NCBI RefSeq assembly: GCF_009914755.1
Contig: NC_060928.1
Length of the DNA stretch: 64,000 nt
Strand: one strand, 5' to 3'
Source of the DNA: the human T2T-CHM13v2.0 reference genome, Homo sapiens
This document shows, one piece after another, positions 15,055 to 29,200 of this stretch. The translations under genes and the position numbers were made by a program. The notes beneath the pieces are model-generated. The model had not been told where the DNA came from. It ran no database searches and saw nothing but the letters and a program-made list of their open reading frames with translations. The first letter of the stretch is position 1. Every line of letters begins with the position of its first letter.

Positions 15055-15391
15055 TCCTTTTGAACAACTGGGATAGTAGTGCCATGGGAGCTGATGTGAA
15101 TTTGAGAGTGAAGGGCATCACACAGAAGGAGTTTAACAAGGAAGAACAGATCCATGAGAGCCAGGAAAGGAAACATCAGGAGAATGGCCCCAAAAGTTGA
15201 TGGAGAAAATCTGTCCCAGAAACTTGTTTCCAAAGGGAACATATCTTAGAAAACAAAAAAGTAGAGATGTGTCAGTCCAATCTAGGAATGAGATGCAGTT
15301 AAGGGATTTGGCTGTTGAAAGGTCATTAATAACCCCAGAGAGAGCAGTTTCTTTAGAGTTATAGGGAGTGGAATCTGGAATATAATGGATC

Positions 15392-15555
15392 ATAGCAGTT
15401 GTTCTCAAGCTTTAGTTTCTGTGAGTAACCTAAGAGGCTTGTCAAAACAGAAAAAGATCTGATCTGGTAGGTCTGAAATGAGGCGCAAATATCTTCATGT
15501 TTAACAAGCATCTCAAAATAGTGTGAGGCAAACCCCATTTTGAGAAATCCTAGAT
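15392..15555. mobile_element. MER5B-like DNA element inserted next to an L2 fragment (15230-15390, minus strand)
   Basis: cagttgttctcaagcttt...ctggtaggtctgaaatgagg...tttaacaagcatctc...ttttgagaaa. Confidence 0.7.
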
Positions 15556-16249
15556 TACAGAGAAAATGAGAAGCTAAGTAACAAAGATAACTACCTCACA
15601 CCATGTTGTCAACCAGCTTCTTGGCAAAAGATAGGGTGAGAGCTTAGGGAACAGAACAGAGGAAAATGTTGTTTTGGTTTTTTAGGAATGAGTATATTTG
15701 AGTAAATTTATAGGCAAAGAAGAGTTGAATGGAAAAAAAAATTTATAAATGAGAAAATGGAACAGCAAATTCCAAGTGGAGTTGGGAAGATATATAATCA
15801 GATATATATTCTGGAGCCCCTGCTTGTCCCAGCCTGCTTGTCCCACCGCACAGTAGCAATCCCATTATCTACATGCTCAGGCTTCTCAGTCTTGGAACCA
15901 GTGAGAAAGCAGTTTGGTGGGTTATTATTGGCTTCTTTCTCATGAACATATGACATATGGAGCCAGTTTAGTTGGTGAGGTTTGCCAGTGTCTAATGAGG
16001 AGAACAAAGAACCATGTATTAAGAAGAACATCATTTTGTAGATTAGTTTCCATTTTTCCTTAAACTTCTAGGATTGCTAGTCTATTGGCTCAGCAACTTA
16101 GGTCTGCAGAGTCTTTTATTTATGTTTTCTTTCTGCTGGCTCTTGGTTTTGCGAATAATTAGAACCTAGACTAGGACTAGAGAGGTAGGCTCAGAGTGGG
16201 ATGAGTTGCCCTGATTTCTTCCCACTTTTTTCTGTTCCTTACTCCTGCA

Positions 16250-16428
16250 TTGTGCTTTAGAGTGAACCATCTGCACCTGAATCACTCGGGGGTGGCTGTA
16301 AATAGTCGATGTTCCTGGGCCCTGCCATAGATCTTCTTGATCAGTATGTCTGGTTGTAGGGCCAGGAAAAATGTATTTTAACAAATTCCCTGGGTGACTC
16401 CTGTGCATGTTAAAGTGAAGAACACTAA
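16250..16428. mobile_element. MER5A/B (hAT-Charlie)
   Basis: ctgcacctgaatcactcggggg...gggccaggaaaaatgtattttaacaaattccctgggtgactc...gttaaagtg. Confidence 0.8.
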
Positions 16429-16889
16429 ACTGGACAATACCTCTGGAAAGAGCCTGATACTGCTTTTACAAATTTTCCTTTTGACCACAAAACTGTACTG
16501 GATCATTAGCACAGACACTTAGACTCCAGTTAATCCCTGGATAAAAAATCTTGAATAGCAAGATTGTCCTAGATTGGCCTGGAGTTGGCTAAGTTGTCTT
16601 GAGCTTCATAATAAATGACATCTGAGGCCTCTCTGGGGTGAAGGGAGGATGAAGTTAGCAGGGCAGCCTTTCGATTACAGTTACTTTGCCGGGGTCTCCA
16701 ACTTGATGTATTTTGGCTCATTCCTTATGAGTGTCTTCTAGTTCACATGGGGAGTCATCAGAATGCTCTGGGTCTACCCCATACTGGCTTTGGGAAAAAA
16801 TTATAGTACTTTCTCTGAGGAAAGAGAGTGAAGATATTAAAGTGGTAATACTATAGACAATATATTAGTTCCTCTTCTTTCCAGCCAAG

Positions 16890-17860
16890 CTAGATGTTCA
16901 TGTGCATCTACGCTCATTCTTTTCTCATTTCCTCTCTTTAAAATGGAAGAAGTGACACTGCCTGCTCCCTTCACGACACCAGTGCCCTAGATCCCATTGC
17001 TTCCTACTCTCTAAGTGACTGTGACTTATTGGTCATCCCCATATCCTGGATTATCAATTTCTTCTTCTCATTGGCTCCTTTTCCTCCAATTTTTACCATG
17101 CTGAAACCTTCCTCATCATTTCTGAAACCAAATTCCTCCATCACCCCTCCTCTATCTCTCTTTTCCTTAATGGTACAATGTAATACAAGCATTATCTACA
17201 CTCTTGTCTCATTTACTCATTCTTCACATTTTTCCTGACCCACTATAATTTGATTTCCAGGCAACCATACCATTGACACTGTTTTGCCAGTCACCAAAGG
17301 TTTCTTCATGCTAAATCCAATAGACACATCTCAGTCATTATATTATTTGTTATCTTGGCAGCATGTGATAATATTGACCTTTTCATCTGCCCTGAAATAC
17401 TTACTTCTTACTTAAGCGTCAGGCTTGGCTCTCCCCCATATGCCATTTTACTTCTTATTCTGGCCGCAGGACACATAGGTCAGTGCTTTCAGTGGCACTG
17501 GCAGTTTTTTTCATCTGGGCCATCACATAAGCACTTGCATCTCTCTAGAACTCTTTCTTCCCTCCTCACTGTGATGACTCTAATCTATTCTCTAATTCTT
17601 CCCTTCCACATCCCTTTCTCTGTTTTGTCAAGTCTGGGAAAGTTGTTACTCCCATTTATTCCCTCAAAACTCCTTACATGACATTTTTTCACTGTATCTT
17701 TATTACCTGTTTGTCTAAATTTCTCACTAAAGTATCAACTACATAAGGCTAAGGCTTTTGTCAATTGTTTTACTGATTTATCTCCAGGGTCCCATAGCCT
17801 CCAATAGCAACTGGCATAAAGATCAGATAGGAGCATAATCAATCTTGATTCCATAAATGA
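16890..17860 (+). mobile_element. L2 (ORF2 fragment to 3' end)
   Basis: gccctagatcccatt, ctaaatccaatagacacatctcagtc, cagcatgtgataatattgacc, tactgatttatctccagg...actggcata. Confidence 0.75.
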
Positions 17861-19249
17861 GTAGAAATACAGACACACAAACCTGTATGCACATGCTTCT
17901 GCACGCACATGCACTCTCTGTGGCCTGATGGATCCGGTGGGAAATCTAATGGAGTATATGATAACATTTCATCTCTAGGGCAGAATTTCTAATTGGAAAG
18001 AGAGGTTTACAAAATATTGTGATAAAGGACAGCAAATGCTTGGAGTAAAAAGGGTTGTAGAAAGAATACACATTTTTTATGCAGCTTAAAAAAGGGTGAT
18101 AGAACATTCAGCTGAGATGGGCAGCACATAGAGAAACCAAATATTTCAAAACTTAACCCTGAAGGATGATGCAAGTTTTAATAGGGAGATTTAGGAAGAG
18201 GGTGTTTTCTGAGAGTGGCAATAGTGGAGTGGAAAAGCACAGGGAAAAACTGGGAGAGAGTGACAAGCTAGTTATTCAGCTGGAGCAAATAGATTCTTGT
18301 GGTCAAGAGTTGAGAAAAGCCTGAGAAGGTTGGCATGTTGTGGAAGCTCATAAAGGGAAAAAATAGAGTTTAAACTTTCTTCTTTAGTAAGTGGGAAACC
18401 ACAAAAAGATTGAATTTCGCACTTTTCCCCACATGCTGGCATAAAATATAAAATTATTAAAATATTTGCTTTTTCCCTTTAACATGCAGTTATTAGTGTA
18501 ATCAGCTTCAGGTAATACCTGAGCACCAACCCTAGCAGGGAGTGTGAATCTCAGAGCTCTCTTTCGATGTAACTGATTATATGCTGCTTCTGTATATGTA
18601 ATGGTTGGCCTGGACAATTGATGTTTTTGCCATTTTAAAATTTCAATTAAAAAATTTTAAAAATGTTTGCCATGATGTGTAACCACTGCATGTATCTTTA
18701 CAATGATTTCTTTGTTTTAAATGGCAATTATTTAGTATCACCAGAGAATTGAATTAACACAAAATACATCATTCTAGGTAATTAGAAAATTGTTGAATGA
18801 GTATAGATCTAATTCCAGTTCCTGTAACTTGCTACAATCAATCTCCTTTGGTGCCTGTACTAACTCATTAATTTTTGCTGTTCCTTCACAGGTTTCTAGT
18901 ACATATTCAACTATCTGAATTCACTTTGTAACATTATGTATGTCAACTGAGTAATTTACTAAATTTAGATATACACTTAAGTGTTAATTACATTTTAAAT
19001 GTGATTTAAAAACTCATATAGTTACTTGGCACATTTTTAATATATACTTTGGTTGTGATAATATCCTATTAAGTTGGCATAGCCTCAAATGAAGTTTGAG
19101 TACTTTTATTCCTCTTATGCTAGTCTATGGTCTATTTCCAAAAGTAGTTGATTCAAGCCATCTCCTTAGTTTTCAGGCTTTCAATCCGACAATCACTTCT
19201 CTGCACTCTTAGAAGATACGCTTCTGTATTCCTGAGAAATTCAATGTAA

Positions 19250-19783
19250 ATGTTCTCGTGGGAGCCTCCCAAAAAAGGTGACAAATGTGCTTATTGAAAG
19301 ACCAGCTCATGGATCCCTGACATGGCAGTGCTGGCCACTATTAGCAAAGACTACAAACTGTACTACTTAAGTGAAAATACACTGCCTCCACTTCCCTAAA
19401 AATCCCTATTCTCTGCCCAGTCTTAGAAATGGGAATGAGAGAAGGCAAGGCAATGCAGATAGCTGCCATCTTCTTTCCCCAGAGCCAGGCTCAAGCCTGA
19501 GGGCAGGGAGGGGAGATAATTTGGAATAGATGTTAGAATTTTAAATTAAGTTCACTTAAAATTTTAGAAAACCTAAGGTGAGTCTTAATTTCCAAAACAA
19601 CTATTGTTTTAGCTGGAACAGATATTTTTTTTTAGCTGGAAACATCTGCAAAGCTACTGGCATAGACTAGAAATATAGTCATAGTAAGAGATTTAAGAGG
19701 GCATCTTTAACACAATGGTAAGAGAAAAATAAACCGCTTCCTTTTCGTACCCTATTCAGTTCAGTCCATTTAATTTATCCACA
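19250..19783 (+). mobile_element. Possible ancient Gypsy-type LTR (MamGypLTR-like)
   Basis: GC-richer block ending aataaaccgcttccttttcgtaccctattcagttcagtcc...ca. Family recalled from memory only. Confidence 0.4.
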
Positions 19784-19859
19784 ATGATACTCATTTTTGA
19801 TACATTACAGGAATCTTTAGAATTATATTACAGAAAAATCAACCTCCAGAACATCTTAA

Positions 19860-19970
19860 TTCTTCTTTCTCTTCTAATTGCTTCCTCTTTTCCTACCTCT
19901 CTTCCTTCCTCCTTCCCTTCCTGCCTTTTTTCCTCTCTTCCCTCTTTCCTTCTTTCCTCCCATCCTCCCA
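19860..19970. repeat. Polypyrimidine (CT/CCTT-rich) low-complexity tract
   Basis: cttccttcctccttcccttcctgcctttttt...; probably the decayed tail of the adjacent L2. Confidence 0.8.
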
Positions 19971-21440
19971 CCAATATCAAGACCATAATCTATGCCAGGC
20001 ACTGCTCTAAGTAACTGGGATATACCAGTTAAAAAGAAAGAAACAATCATTGCCTGCATGGAGTTTACATTCTAGTGTCAGAGAATAAAGTTAATTACTT
20101 TGAGCCAAGACTAAGTGAATAGCAAGAGCATGTCATGAGAATATCCAGTAAAAGGTGTTGCATGTAGAGGGCATAATGAATGTAAAGACCCTGAAGCAAG
20201 AGTGTGATAGGCAGGCTTGAGGAAAAGCAGAAGCCCAAAGAGATACTGGAAAAGTAATAGGAGGCAACATTAGGAAAGTGGTGGTTAGGGGCAGATGATG
20301 TGGGATCTTGGGTCTTTAGGTTTTATTCTAAGTGGAAGGAAAAGTCACTGGATGGTTCTGACCAGATAAGTGATACAATTTGATTTTGGTTCTAAATATA
20401 GATAGACCATAGGGAGACAAAAGTGGAAGCCAGCAGATGAGTTAGAAAGCTATAATAGTAGTCCAGGCAAGAGATGATAGATGCTTTTGCTAAGTAGAGG
20501 TGGATATGATGAGACATGATTGGATTCTGGTTATAATTTGAAAATTGAGCTGAAAATTTTGCTCAAGGATTAGAGGAAAGCTATGCAAAAAAAAAGGCAT
20601 CAAAGATTGTGTCCAGGTTTGTTTGTTTGTTTGTTTGCTTGTTATCTAGTGCAGAACCCTGGTGTCATTTACTGTGCTCCAAAACAAAACAGGAAGAGCA
20701 GAATTGAAGAAAAAAAATCAAGAGTCCAACTTTTGATATATTAAGTTTGAAATGCCTAGTAAACATTCTATTTGAGCTAGATGAGTCTAGCACACACACA
20801 TGTAAATATGGAAGTTGTTAGTTTATAGTTGGTATTTAAAGTCAAGTGATTGCAGTTGAGCACCTAGGGAGTGGGGAGATAGAGAAAAGGAGATAGGTCA
20901 ATGAACTGAGCCTTGGGTTACTCCAGTAGCTAGAGAATTGGAAATGAAAAGTATCTATCAATGGAGGCTGAGAAGGTGTGTCCAGTGATGTCCTGAAAGC
21001 TAAAGGAAGGATATGTCTCAAAAAAGGTGAACGTGATTAGTTGTTAAATGCCGCTAAGAAGCTTCATTAGATTAAAAACTGAGAACTGGATACTACTAGA
21101 ATTGACAAATGTGGATGTCCTTGGTGACTTCGATGAAGAGGTTTCAGTGGAGTGGTAGAGGTGAAAGCTTGATTGAAGTTGGTTCATGGGGGAATGGAAG
21201 ATAGGGAGTAGAGAGAGTGAATAGACATCCTTTAGAGTAGGTTTGTTAGAAAGAGGGGCAGAGAAAGGGAGGGGTAGCTACAGCTCAATGAGGGATCAAA
21301 AGAGGGTTTGTTTTGTTTTTAGATAGATAACATTACAGAAGGTTTGTGTGCTGGTGGAATGATCCAGTAGAGTGGGGAGAAGCCATGATGTGCGAGAGAA
21401 AGGAACAGTTGCAGAAACAAGATAGATAGAAAGGTGAAAA
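19970..21440 (-). mobile_element. L2, ~1.5 kb
   Basis: tatgccaggcactgctctaag...ggagtttacattctagtg...tagtccaggcaagagatgat...gaactgagccttggg...ttggtgacttcgatgaagaggtttcagtggagtgg. Confidence 0.9.
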
Positions 21441-21754
21441 AATTACAATGAATAGTTTGGCCTTTGATATGACAATGACATCACTTATGTCTGGCATAAA
21501 TAGAAAGAATAATACCAATCCTGTATACCTGCTGTTCAGAGTATTAGGTCAGGTAGGCCATGGGAAAGCCCTTTGTAAATGTGAAACTGCTTATAAACCT
21601 AAAGGCTTCTATTTAGTTGAGTCACTTTTACTGAATGAGATGGTTGTGTCACCTACATCTGACAGATCTATTAGCATGTGGACCTCAGACACTGATGGGG
21701 AAGGCAGCAGGGGCCTATATTCCCACATACTTATCTGAACACATACCTTTTATT

Positions 21755-21960
21755 TAACTAGACCAGCAACAAATATTGAAGCATCTTTGATGAGCCAAGC
21801 ACTGACTTGGGCACTGGGAATACAGTGATGAAAAAGACAAAGTCGCTTCCAGTAAGGGTCTTACATTCTAATGGAGGGAGATGATGGATAGAAAGATGAA
21901 TAAATAAATAAGACATTTTCTGGTGACATTTGTCATTTAAAAAAATAGGGAGATGTGATA
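21755..21960 (-). mobile_element. L2 3' end
   Basis: caacaaatattgaagcatc...gggcactgggaatacagtgatgaaaaagaca...cttacattctaatggaggg. Confidence 0.85.
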
Positions 21961-22049
21961 AAGACACTGACCTCATTCCTTTGAGATTGAAATTTGTTAC
22001 ATATGAGGCCTATATGCTCCAGAAACAGAATGTGTTCTGATCACTGAGA

Positions 22050-22230
22050 GTAATTATCTCTCACCCTCACAAATTTGTGAGACAGGTGGAACAAGACAGA
22101 AATGATTCCCACTTTTCAGATGAGAAAATGCAGATTCAAGGATTTGGGGCATCAAGTTGTAAAAGGAATATTGAAATACAGATGTTTTGGCTTTGAGTTT
22201 ACTGCTTTCTTTGTGATACCAGAAAAATGC
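22050..22230 (-). mobile_element. MIR
   Basis: cctcacaaatttgtgagacagg...attcccacttttcagatgagaaaatgcag. Confidence 0.75.
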
Positions 22231-23945
22231 ATGTACAATAAATTGAAAATGCTTATAATTCTTTTCAAAAATCATCCTATATATTCAAAAACAAATACAA
22301 TTATAAACATGCAGGAGTTAGAACCTCTTAGATTTCAACAGGATCCAGGAAGATTAGGTTTGCACTTTTTTTTTTTTTTTGTAAATATAATTGTTAGTTT
22401 ATAGTGGATGTTAACTACATTTTTGGGAAAAATGTAAAGCTTTATATTATCAGTCAATCTTCTGTAATGACATTCTATTAGGTTGTGAGAAATTATGTGT
22501 TTTAATATCATGTTTTAAATGATTTTATTTTACTACTGTTATTCCATATTTTATGTTAAATATTAATATTTGCTCAGAGAAAGTTGTTTATACAATGTTT
22601 TTTTGAGGCTACAGACAGAGATTTTCCTAAACAGAAATAAATATTTTAAACTAATACCTTGTAAAATTTCATTTTGGAAACATGAAACCATTTGGGGAAT
22701 ATAATTGTGCTATTCAAGGTTGTTGGCTAAGCAACTCAAAAGCCAGGATTTCTTGTTAACTAAATGCTAAAGCAATAGATAAAAAAAAGTATGATTTCTT
22801 TAATCCCGCCTTTTTACTTGTACTTAAACTAGACAACAATTCAGATCTGTAAGACAATTTTATCTTTTAAGCTCCGGAAAATGTTGAGTCATTGGTATTG
22901 CTGCTAATTACATGTAATAGAATTTTGAAATGTAATTTCCAAACCTTTGGATTGTGGTAAAATTAAAGAGAATGTTAACTCTGAAAAATATAAAATTTCT
23001 AAAAAGGACACTGTAATATCCTAAGCTGCCTTCATCCCAGTGTTGTAGATGTAAGCTCTGGGTTTAGAAATGCTATTACAGATGTTAAAATGTATAGTGT
23101 TTATGATGATGATGGAGAGTAATTTTATGAACATGAAGCAATTGAGAATCAAGAATCAAGTGGCTTAATATTGACTTTTATTTGGGACTCCCGGACCTTT
23201 GGTAATCTTATGCATAAACTTTGAGGAAGTCAAATATCACAGGGAGTATCTAAAATTTTTGTCTGAAGGTCTTTTTGTTCTTAACTGTCAGAGAATATAA
23301 AAAATCAGCTGTGGTATTTTCAGAACTATCCAATTTCAAATGCCCTTTTATTCAGTGCTTTTATGACCAGTTGCTTGACAACATATAGATATAGTTACTT
23401 CATGTGAGTGTTCCTGTGCTGTTGGCGTTAGTGTATTTTTCTGGACATATGCTGTTGTACAGTAGTTCCCGACTTATAGATTCTAAACTGGCTCTAGTGC
23501 TTTGCATTGTTACAGATTTAGAAACTTTTGTAACTGAAAAATATTTCTCCACACATGCTTTTGGAAACATATTTTGAGACAAATATTAGTTACTAGATAT
23601 ATAATGTGTGCTGGGTGTGCTTTAATAGCCATTCGGTATTCATTAGACATTAAACATACTATGTATAAAATTAAGCTCTTAAAAAACCTTCCATTTTTGT
23701 ATTAATTTGAATATCTAAGAGTAAATTTTGTTGCTACAACCTGAAAAGTTCAAAATATAATTATTCTAAAATATATTTTTAGTGAAAGAATATAATTTCA
23801 AAACAACATATACTTTTATAGTAATTACAACCTTTAATCTCCTCTGTTGATACTTAAATAAATTTTGCCAATTTAGGCAGTATTGGGAATATAGCTATAC
23901 ATACACACGAGTCATTCTTCTGCATTTATAAATTTCTGTAGGATA

Positions 23946-23992
23946 TTTTATACATAGTTTATACATAGTTTTATACATAGTTTATACATAGT
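23946..23992. repeat. Minisatellite, 4 x (T)TTTATACATAG
   Basis: ttttatacatag tttatacatag ttttatacatag tttatacatag t. Confidence 0.95.
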
Positions 23993-25401
23993 AAAAGCAT
24001 ACTTTTATAGTATCACCACATTATATGTCCAACATATGAAGCACATTCGAGAAACATATCCATGTAAACATTTTTTCACTGTATTTTGTTTATTATGTGG
24101 TCTTAGTTATTATAGGAGAGAGAATAGGTTAATAATATAATAGATCAAGAAGAGTAGCATAGGATTAATTCAACACAAACATTCATGTAAATGACTGAAT
24201 TTAAAATAACCACTTACTAGATCTACGTTTAGCAAATACCTGAAAGGCAAAAGTTTAGACTGTTAACTTTGTGGAGATAGTGGCTCTGAAGACAGTTTCA
24301 GGTTAAAGTAGTTGTATGTTTGAACTAAAAACAATGTGCATAGGAGTCCTATGCAATTCTAGGGGATTATTATTTCCTTTTAAGAAAAACACCGCCCTGT
24401 GGATCACCACGTCCAGATTTGTACAAAGAAAAACTAGTTCAGGGCTGAGACTGAGAGCTGATACATTTCAAGGAGGACTGGGCAGCTGCACTTGTGAGCG
24501 GTGACAGATCTCTGTGAAATATAATCCTGATTAAAAATGCATGTGTGAAACCTCTTCGAATAAAGCTCTGTGTCCAACAGCATTTTCAGAGCTCCTGCAT
24601 GTAAGAAGGGAAGACTAATGTAGCTACTCTTGTACTATTCACTCCATCATTTGCTGGCTGTTTTACATTTCTGAAATTATCTCTTACTGTAACATTGAAG
24701 TAGGCAGAATTATTTTTGTTTGTTAAAAAAGTCATTGATACAAGTGAGTTTAATAATTTAGAAATTCACTGCACACACATACATGGACTTTTTATAAATA
24801 TGTCAAAATCAAATAAATACAGAGTGATAGAAAGTTTTGATGTAGATGAACACCAGTGACTATGATATGTAGGCCTCCACTAGTGCTGTGTCATATAAAA
24901 AGGCATTTGTGCAATTACTTCATACAGATTAGCAACTCTATTGTTGTGACTGTATTATTCTTGCGGTGCCAAAGCTGTAATCAATTATTGAACAATTTAA
25001 GTGTGTTTGTAAACTAATTTTGTTTTTTGGGGTCCAGATTTGAGGGAATTAAGGTATAAAGCCTGGGAATCTTCTAAAATAGAGATGAGATATATCTGTC
25101 TAGTTAAACATAAAAACAAATAATGCAACTATGGAGAAATCTGAGCAAGGCAAATTGCCTTGTGTTCCAGTTATTACAACTGTGTGTAATTTTGATCCTA
25201 AGATTATGGCCTAGATGCCTTATTATGGCCATGTCCTTTGTTGGGATCTAAAATATGATCATAAACCATGCAAATGTTCACTTCTTTAAAACCTTAGAAA
25301 ATAAAGATTTGAGGAGGAAATCAGTAGAGTGACACAGAGGAGTAACAGAGTATAAGCACTTGTCTGGAACTGCACATGTATCTAGCTAGTTGTATAATTG
25401 T

Positions 25402-25433
<32 letters not shown>

Positions 25434-25455
25434 TATATATATATATATACACACA
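25402..25455. repeat. (TA)n/(CA)n compound microsatellite
   Basis: Direct read. Confidence 0.9.
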
Positions 25456-25604
25456 GATATAAACATAGATAAATGCACCCACATATCTATAATAAATATA
25501 TCAGGAAAATATTTATTGAGCTTCTTCCATGGGCTCTATGACTTTATGATGGGTATAGCTTTCTAGGTGCCCTAAATATTTATTTTTAATGGCTATATTT
25601 TTAA

Positions 25605-25680
25605 AATCTTATCAATACTCCCTGAACAACATCTCCCCATTTCCCCTACTCCCAAACCCTGGCAATCACTATTCCACTTA
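25605..25680 (-). mobile_element. Small L1M 3' fragment
   Basis: aacaacatctccccatttcccctactcccaaaccctggcaatcactattc. Confidence 0.7.
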
Positions 25681-26098
25681 ATGATGATTTTAATAGATGA
25701 GTGTTTTATTTGATGTCATTTAGAAAAAAATGATAATCTGAAGTTTTCTACATAATAACAAATTCCTGCTGAGAACATTTTAAAATGTAATTCACCAAAT
25801 AAAATATAATTCTAAATTTCCATTTGTAGAATGTGTGTAGAAGGAGTGGCCTGTGCGAGTTTCTTTATCTTGCTTTTTCCTATATGCCTCAGTCTAGTGC
25901 ACTATGAATATCTGGTAGTCTGCAGTTCTTCACAGGAAGATATGAAAATTAACTCACAAATGCAATGCATCTAACATATTGGTACCAAGTTTTTTTTTTA
26001 ATCATGTAATTATTAAAGTATTCAAGATTTTGAGTTCTGATTTTGTAAAACCTGATGAACAGGTGATAGGAATAAGTTTGTCTTCTTTTGAAGGGACA

Positions 26099-26231
26099 TT
26101 CATATTTTAAGGGACGTTTTAAGATAAAATGCCCATCTATAAAAAAAGTCTTCCTTCCCATATAATTTTTAAAAATACAGTGGGACTTCAAGTTAATATT
26201 CGCACTTAAAAGACCTAGGTAAGGCCAGGTG
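26099..26231 (+). repeat. Inverted duplication, left (probably derived) copy
   Basis: Manual alignment to the reverse complement of 33543-33674: 9 substitutions and 1 indel over 133 bp. Confidence 0.95.
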
Positions 26232-29200
26232 CAGCTTTACTATTTATGCCTGTAGTAAAGCTTCAAAGCCGAAAATGTTATTAAGTGTAAGCTAACTTCT
26301 CTTTTTTACATATTCAATTAACATGTATTGAATAGTTATTGACAATGTAAGTTTGCAGTTACTCAATTTTAATTAGAGTATTAAAATGGGTACTCTCTGA
26401 GGGACAAATAGTGGTGTTTATTATCTCTAAATTTGAGATTTCAACTTATTATGCCTTAAATTTTGTCTTCCCTAATATTTGTGTATATTTTCAATAATAT
26501 CTATTCTTCCTTATAGGAGAATTAATCCTATAAAAAGATTCCTTTATAATGTAGATGCATAAAGAGCAATACTTATTATATATTGTCATTTTCCTAAAAG
26601 TAATAATTTTTGAAAAGTATATTATATATAGTTTAATGACAATATATAGAACATAAGATAGTGGATGAATTTCTACCACAAAATATGTTGCAGGTACAAA
26701 CCAATGAATAAAAATTACTGTCACTGAACAACAACAACCAAAAGCTTTCTAAAATATTTAAGACCTTGGATATTTTTTTCTAATCCCTTGGTGCCTTTTA
26801 ACAAGTGAAACTATTTTTTTTAAATAAGATTGTCAATGGCTGTTTTTTCAGATTTATTGGGGGCCCCATTTAGCTAGAGTAACTGTCTTTTGTGTTTTAA
26901 CTGTATAAAAAGCTTTCTCATGTATTATTTTCCTAGTACACATGTTCACACATGAAAATGCATGCAGAGAAGTTCGCCAAAGTGAAAGGCTGATCACCTT
27001 CATGTAAAATGTGATCCTTTATGTCTGGTGCAAATATCAAATGAATAAAGCGTACATGCATTTTTCTTTGCTGATATCCTCTTACTAATGAATGCTTAGA
27101 TAGTAGAAGTGAAATGTAATTTATCTTCGTCATTGTGTATATTTTACTTTATTTGCAATTAATTCTCTTGCTATATTACATCTATGTTAATATATGTTTT
27201 CTTACAAATTCTAAGGAGAGTACTGACTTTAATTTATTTCCCATCTTGCAGTTAATTTAAGCAGGGGTTTAATACCAGTGATCTCCTTTCTTAGTAACAA
27301 ATACACATAGTGAGTGTTCTGAGATTAGTGTATGAACCCAGAATTCAGAAATGGGTTTTTATTATTCCTTTTGATTTAAAATAAATTACCAATTATTAGC
27401 TTAAAAATTCACATTGAGAATTAGTAGTCTCAGATTGCTATTTAATTCATTCCTGTTATTTTAAACTTTAAATTACTGATATTAATATTAGCGTTTTTGA
27501 GCAACATTTCTAGGGTAAACAGGTTCTCTAATATTCATAGTCTGAAATCACTGTGTGTATATATATGTATGTGAAGAATTAAAAAAAATTTATGTGGAAA
27601 ATTAAAATCTAAATATTTATAAAAATATTTGTTTTTCATGATGTTACTTCCAGAGTTCTATAAAGACAGTTACATGAATTTTTGTGTATATTAAAATAGT
27701 GACTTTTAATTACAGTTTCACAAATAAAAATTAATAAGATAAAAATCACTCAATAGATTCACTGACAAGAATTGTCATTGAATGTTATTAGACATCTAAC
27801 ATTTGACATGTCAATTGTCATCCCCTTGAAAAAGATAATTTGTAAAACAAGTCTGTTTAGGAAACAGAAAAGAAAAAAACTGTAACTTTTAAACCAATTC
27901 TAGCTCAATAGGAATAAAATCTATTATGATTATAAAACAGTCACAGTGCTGGAAGGGAGACAGAAGAGGTAAAGAGAAGTAAAAATGTTTCGAACATTGA
28001 AAAATCCTTTATTTTAGTGCTTATAATCATATGTAGAGTGCTTCATTTTGAAGTGCAATTTAAAATACTAACTGTTGTGACAACTTGGGGTGAAAGTTCC
28101 TTCTGTATTTTATACCTGGACAGAGGATACATGGGCCCGTCCTAGCTATAGTTTTTATTACAGGTCTTCCCAAGAAAGAGTTTGGAGTTTCCTTTTTAAA
28201 TCCTCATCCAGTGATGTTTTACTTATCATACAGTACAATATCATATGGTGTCTTCAGCAAACAGAATGTAAAAAATTCAAGAAGCCCTACATGTAAGAAT
28301 GTGAATGTTGACCCTTATTTCTGACTGACCTTGCTGATATACCTTCCATATAAAGTAGCTATGGGCCTTGCAAGGCTTCTAGTGACTGTTATTTGAATAA
28401 TAAATGTAGAATCTAGAGAAATATGTTTTTTCTTAGCATTAACACACAGGTACAGCAAATGGTAACACGCCGACTGGCCCAGAGTCCTTAGTTAAATCAT
28501 CAGTTTGTTAACTGCTGTTTGCAGGGTAAACCCTCCCTCTGGAATGAACTTCTTTAAAGCAAAATGAAATAAAATAAAGGTAAGTAAAAGTAAATAGATT
28601 TTCCTATTGAAAGTTATTACTTCAGGAATGAAGAAGATGGATATTGATCGGCACCATCCTTTGCCATTACTGTCAGGTCCACGCAGATAGCTAAGACACT
28701 TTATTCTAAGCAAACAGCCATTTTCTCTTCTGACATGGGATTCCAGTGAGAATTGAAAAAAGTAAAAGGTTGGTAAAAACATTTTTCTGTCCTTCTTACA
28801 GGGACAATTTATGTTGAAGTAACAGTTTGTGAGGTACTTGCACTTGTTATTGATTTATTTCTTCTTTGTCATGAACAATCTCCTGTTTTATAATACAGTT
28901 ACTCTTGTATACTGTTCCTAGGCAGTAATTTAGAAATAATTTTCATTGCAACAATGTCCTGAGGGGCTCAAAATATTGGAAGTATATGAATAAAAGAATA
29001 AACATGTGTAAACCTTTTCTAGGTGTTATCTAGGTGTTTTTAGTACATTGATATTTGCAATATTTGTTTTTAGCACTAATAAAAGACACAATATCATGAT
29101 GAGCTATTGTCATAACATCGCAAATGGAATTCTAAATCCATGAAGTCCCCATGGCTTTTGGTCAAATAAACCCTCCAATATGACCTTGGGAATCCATGGA

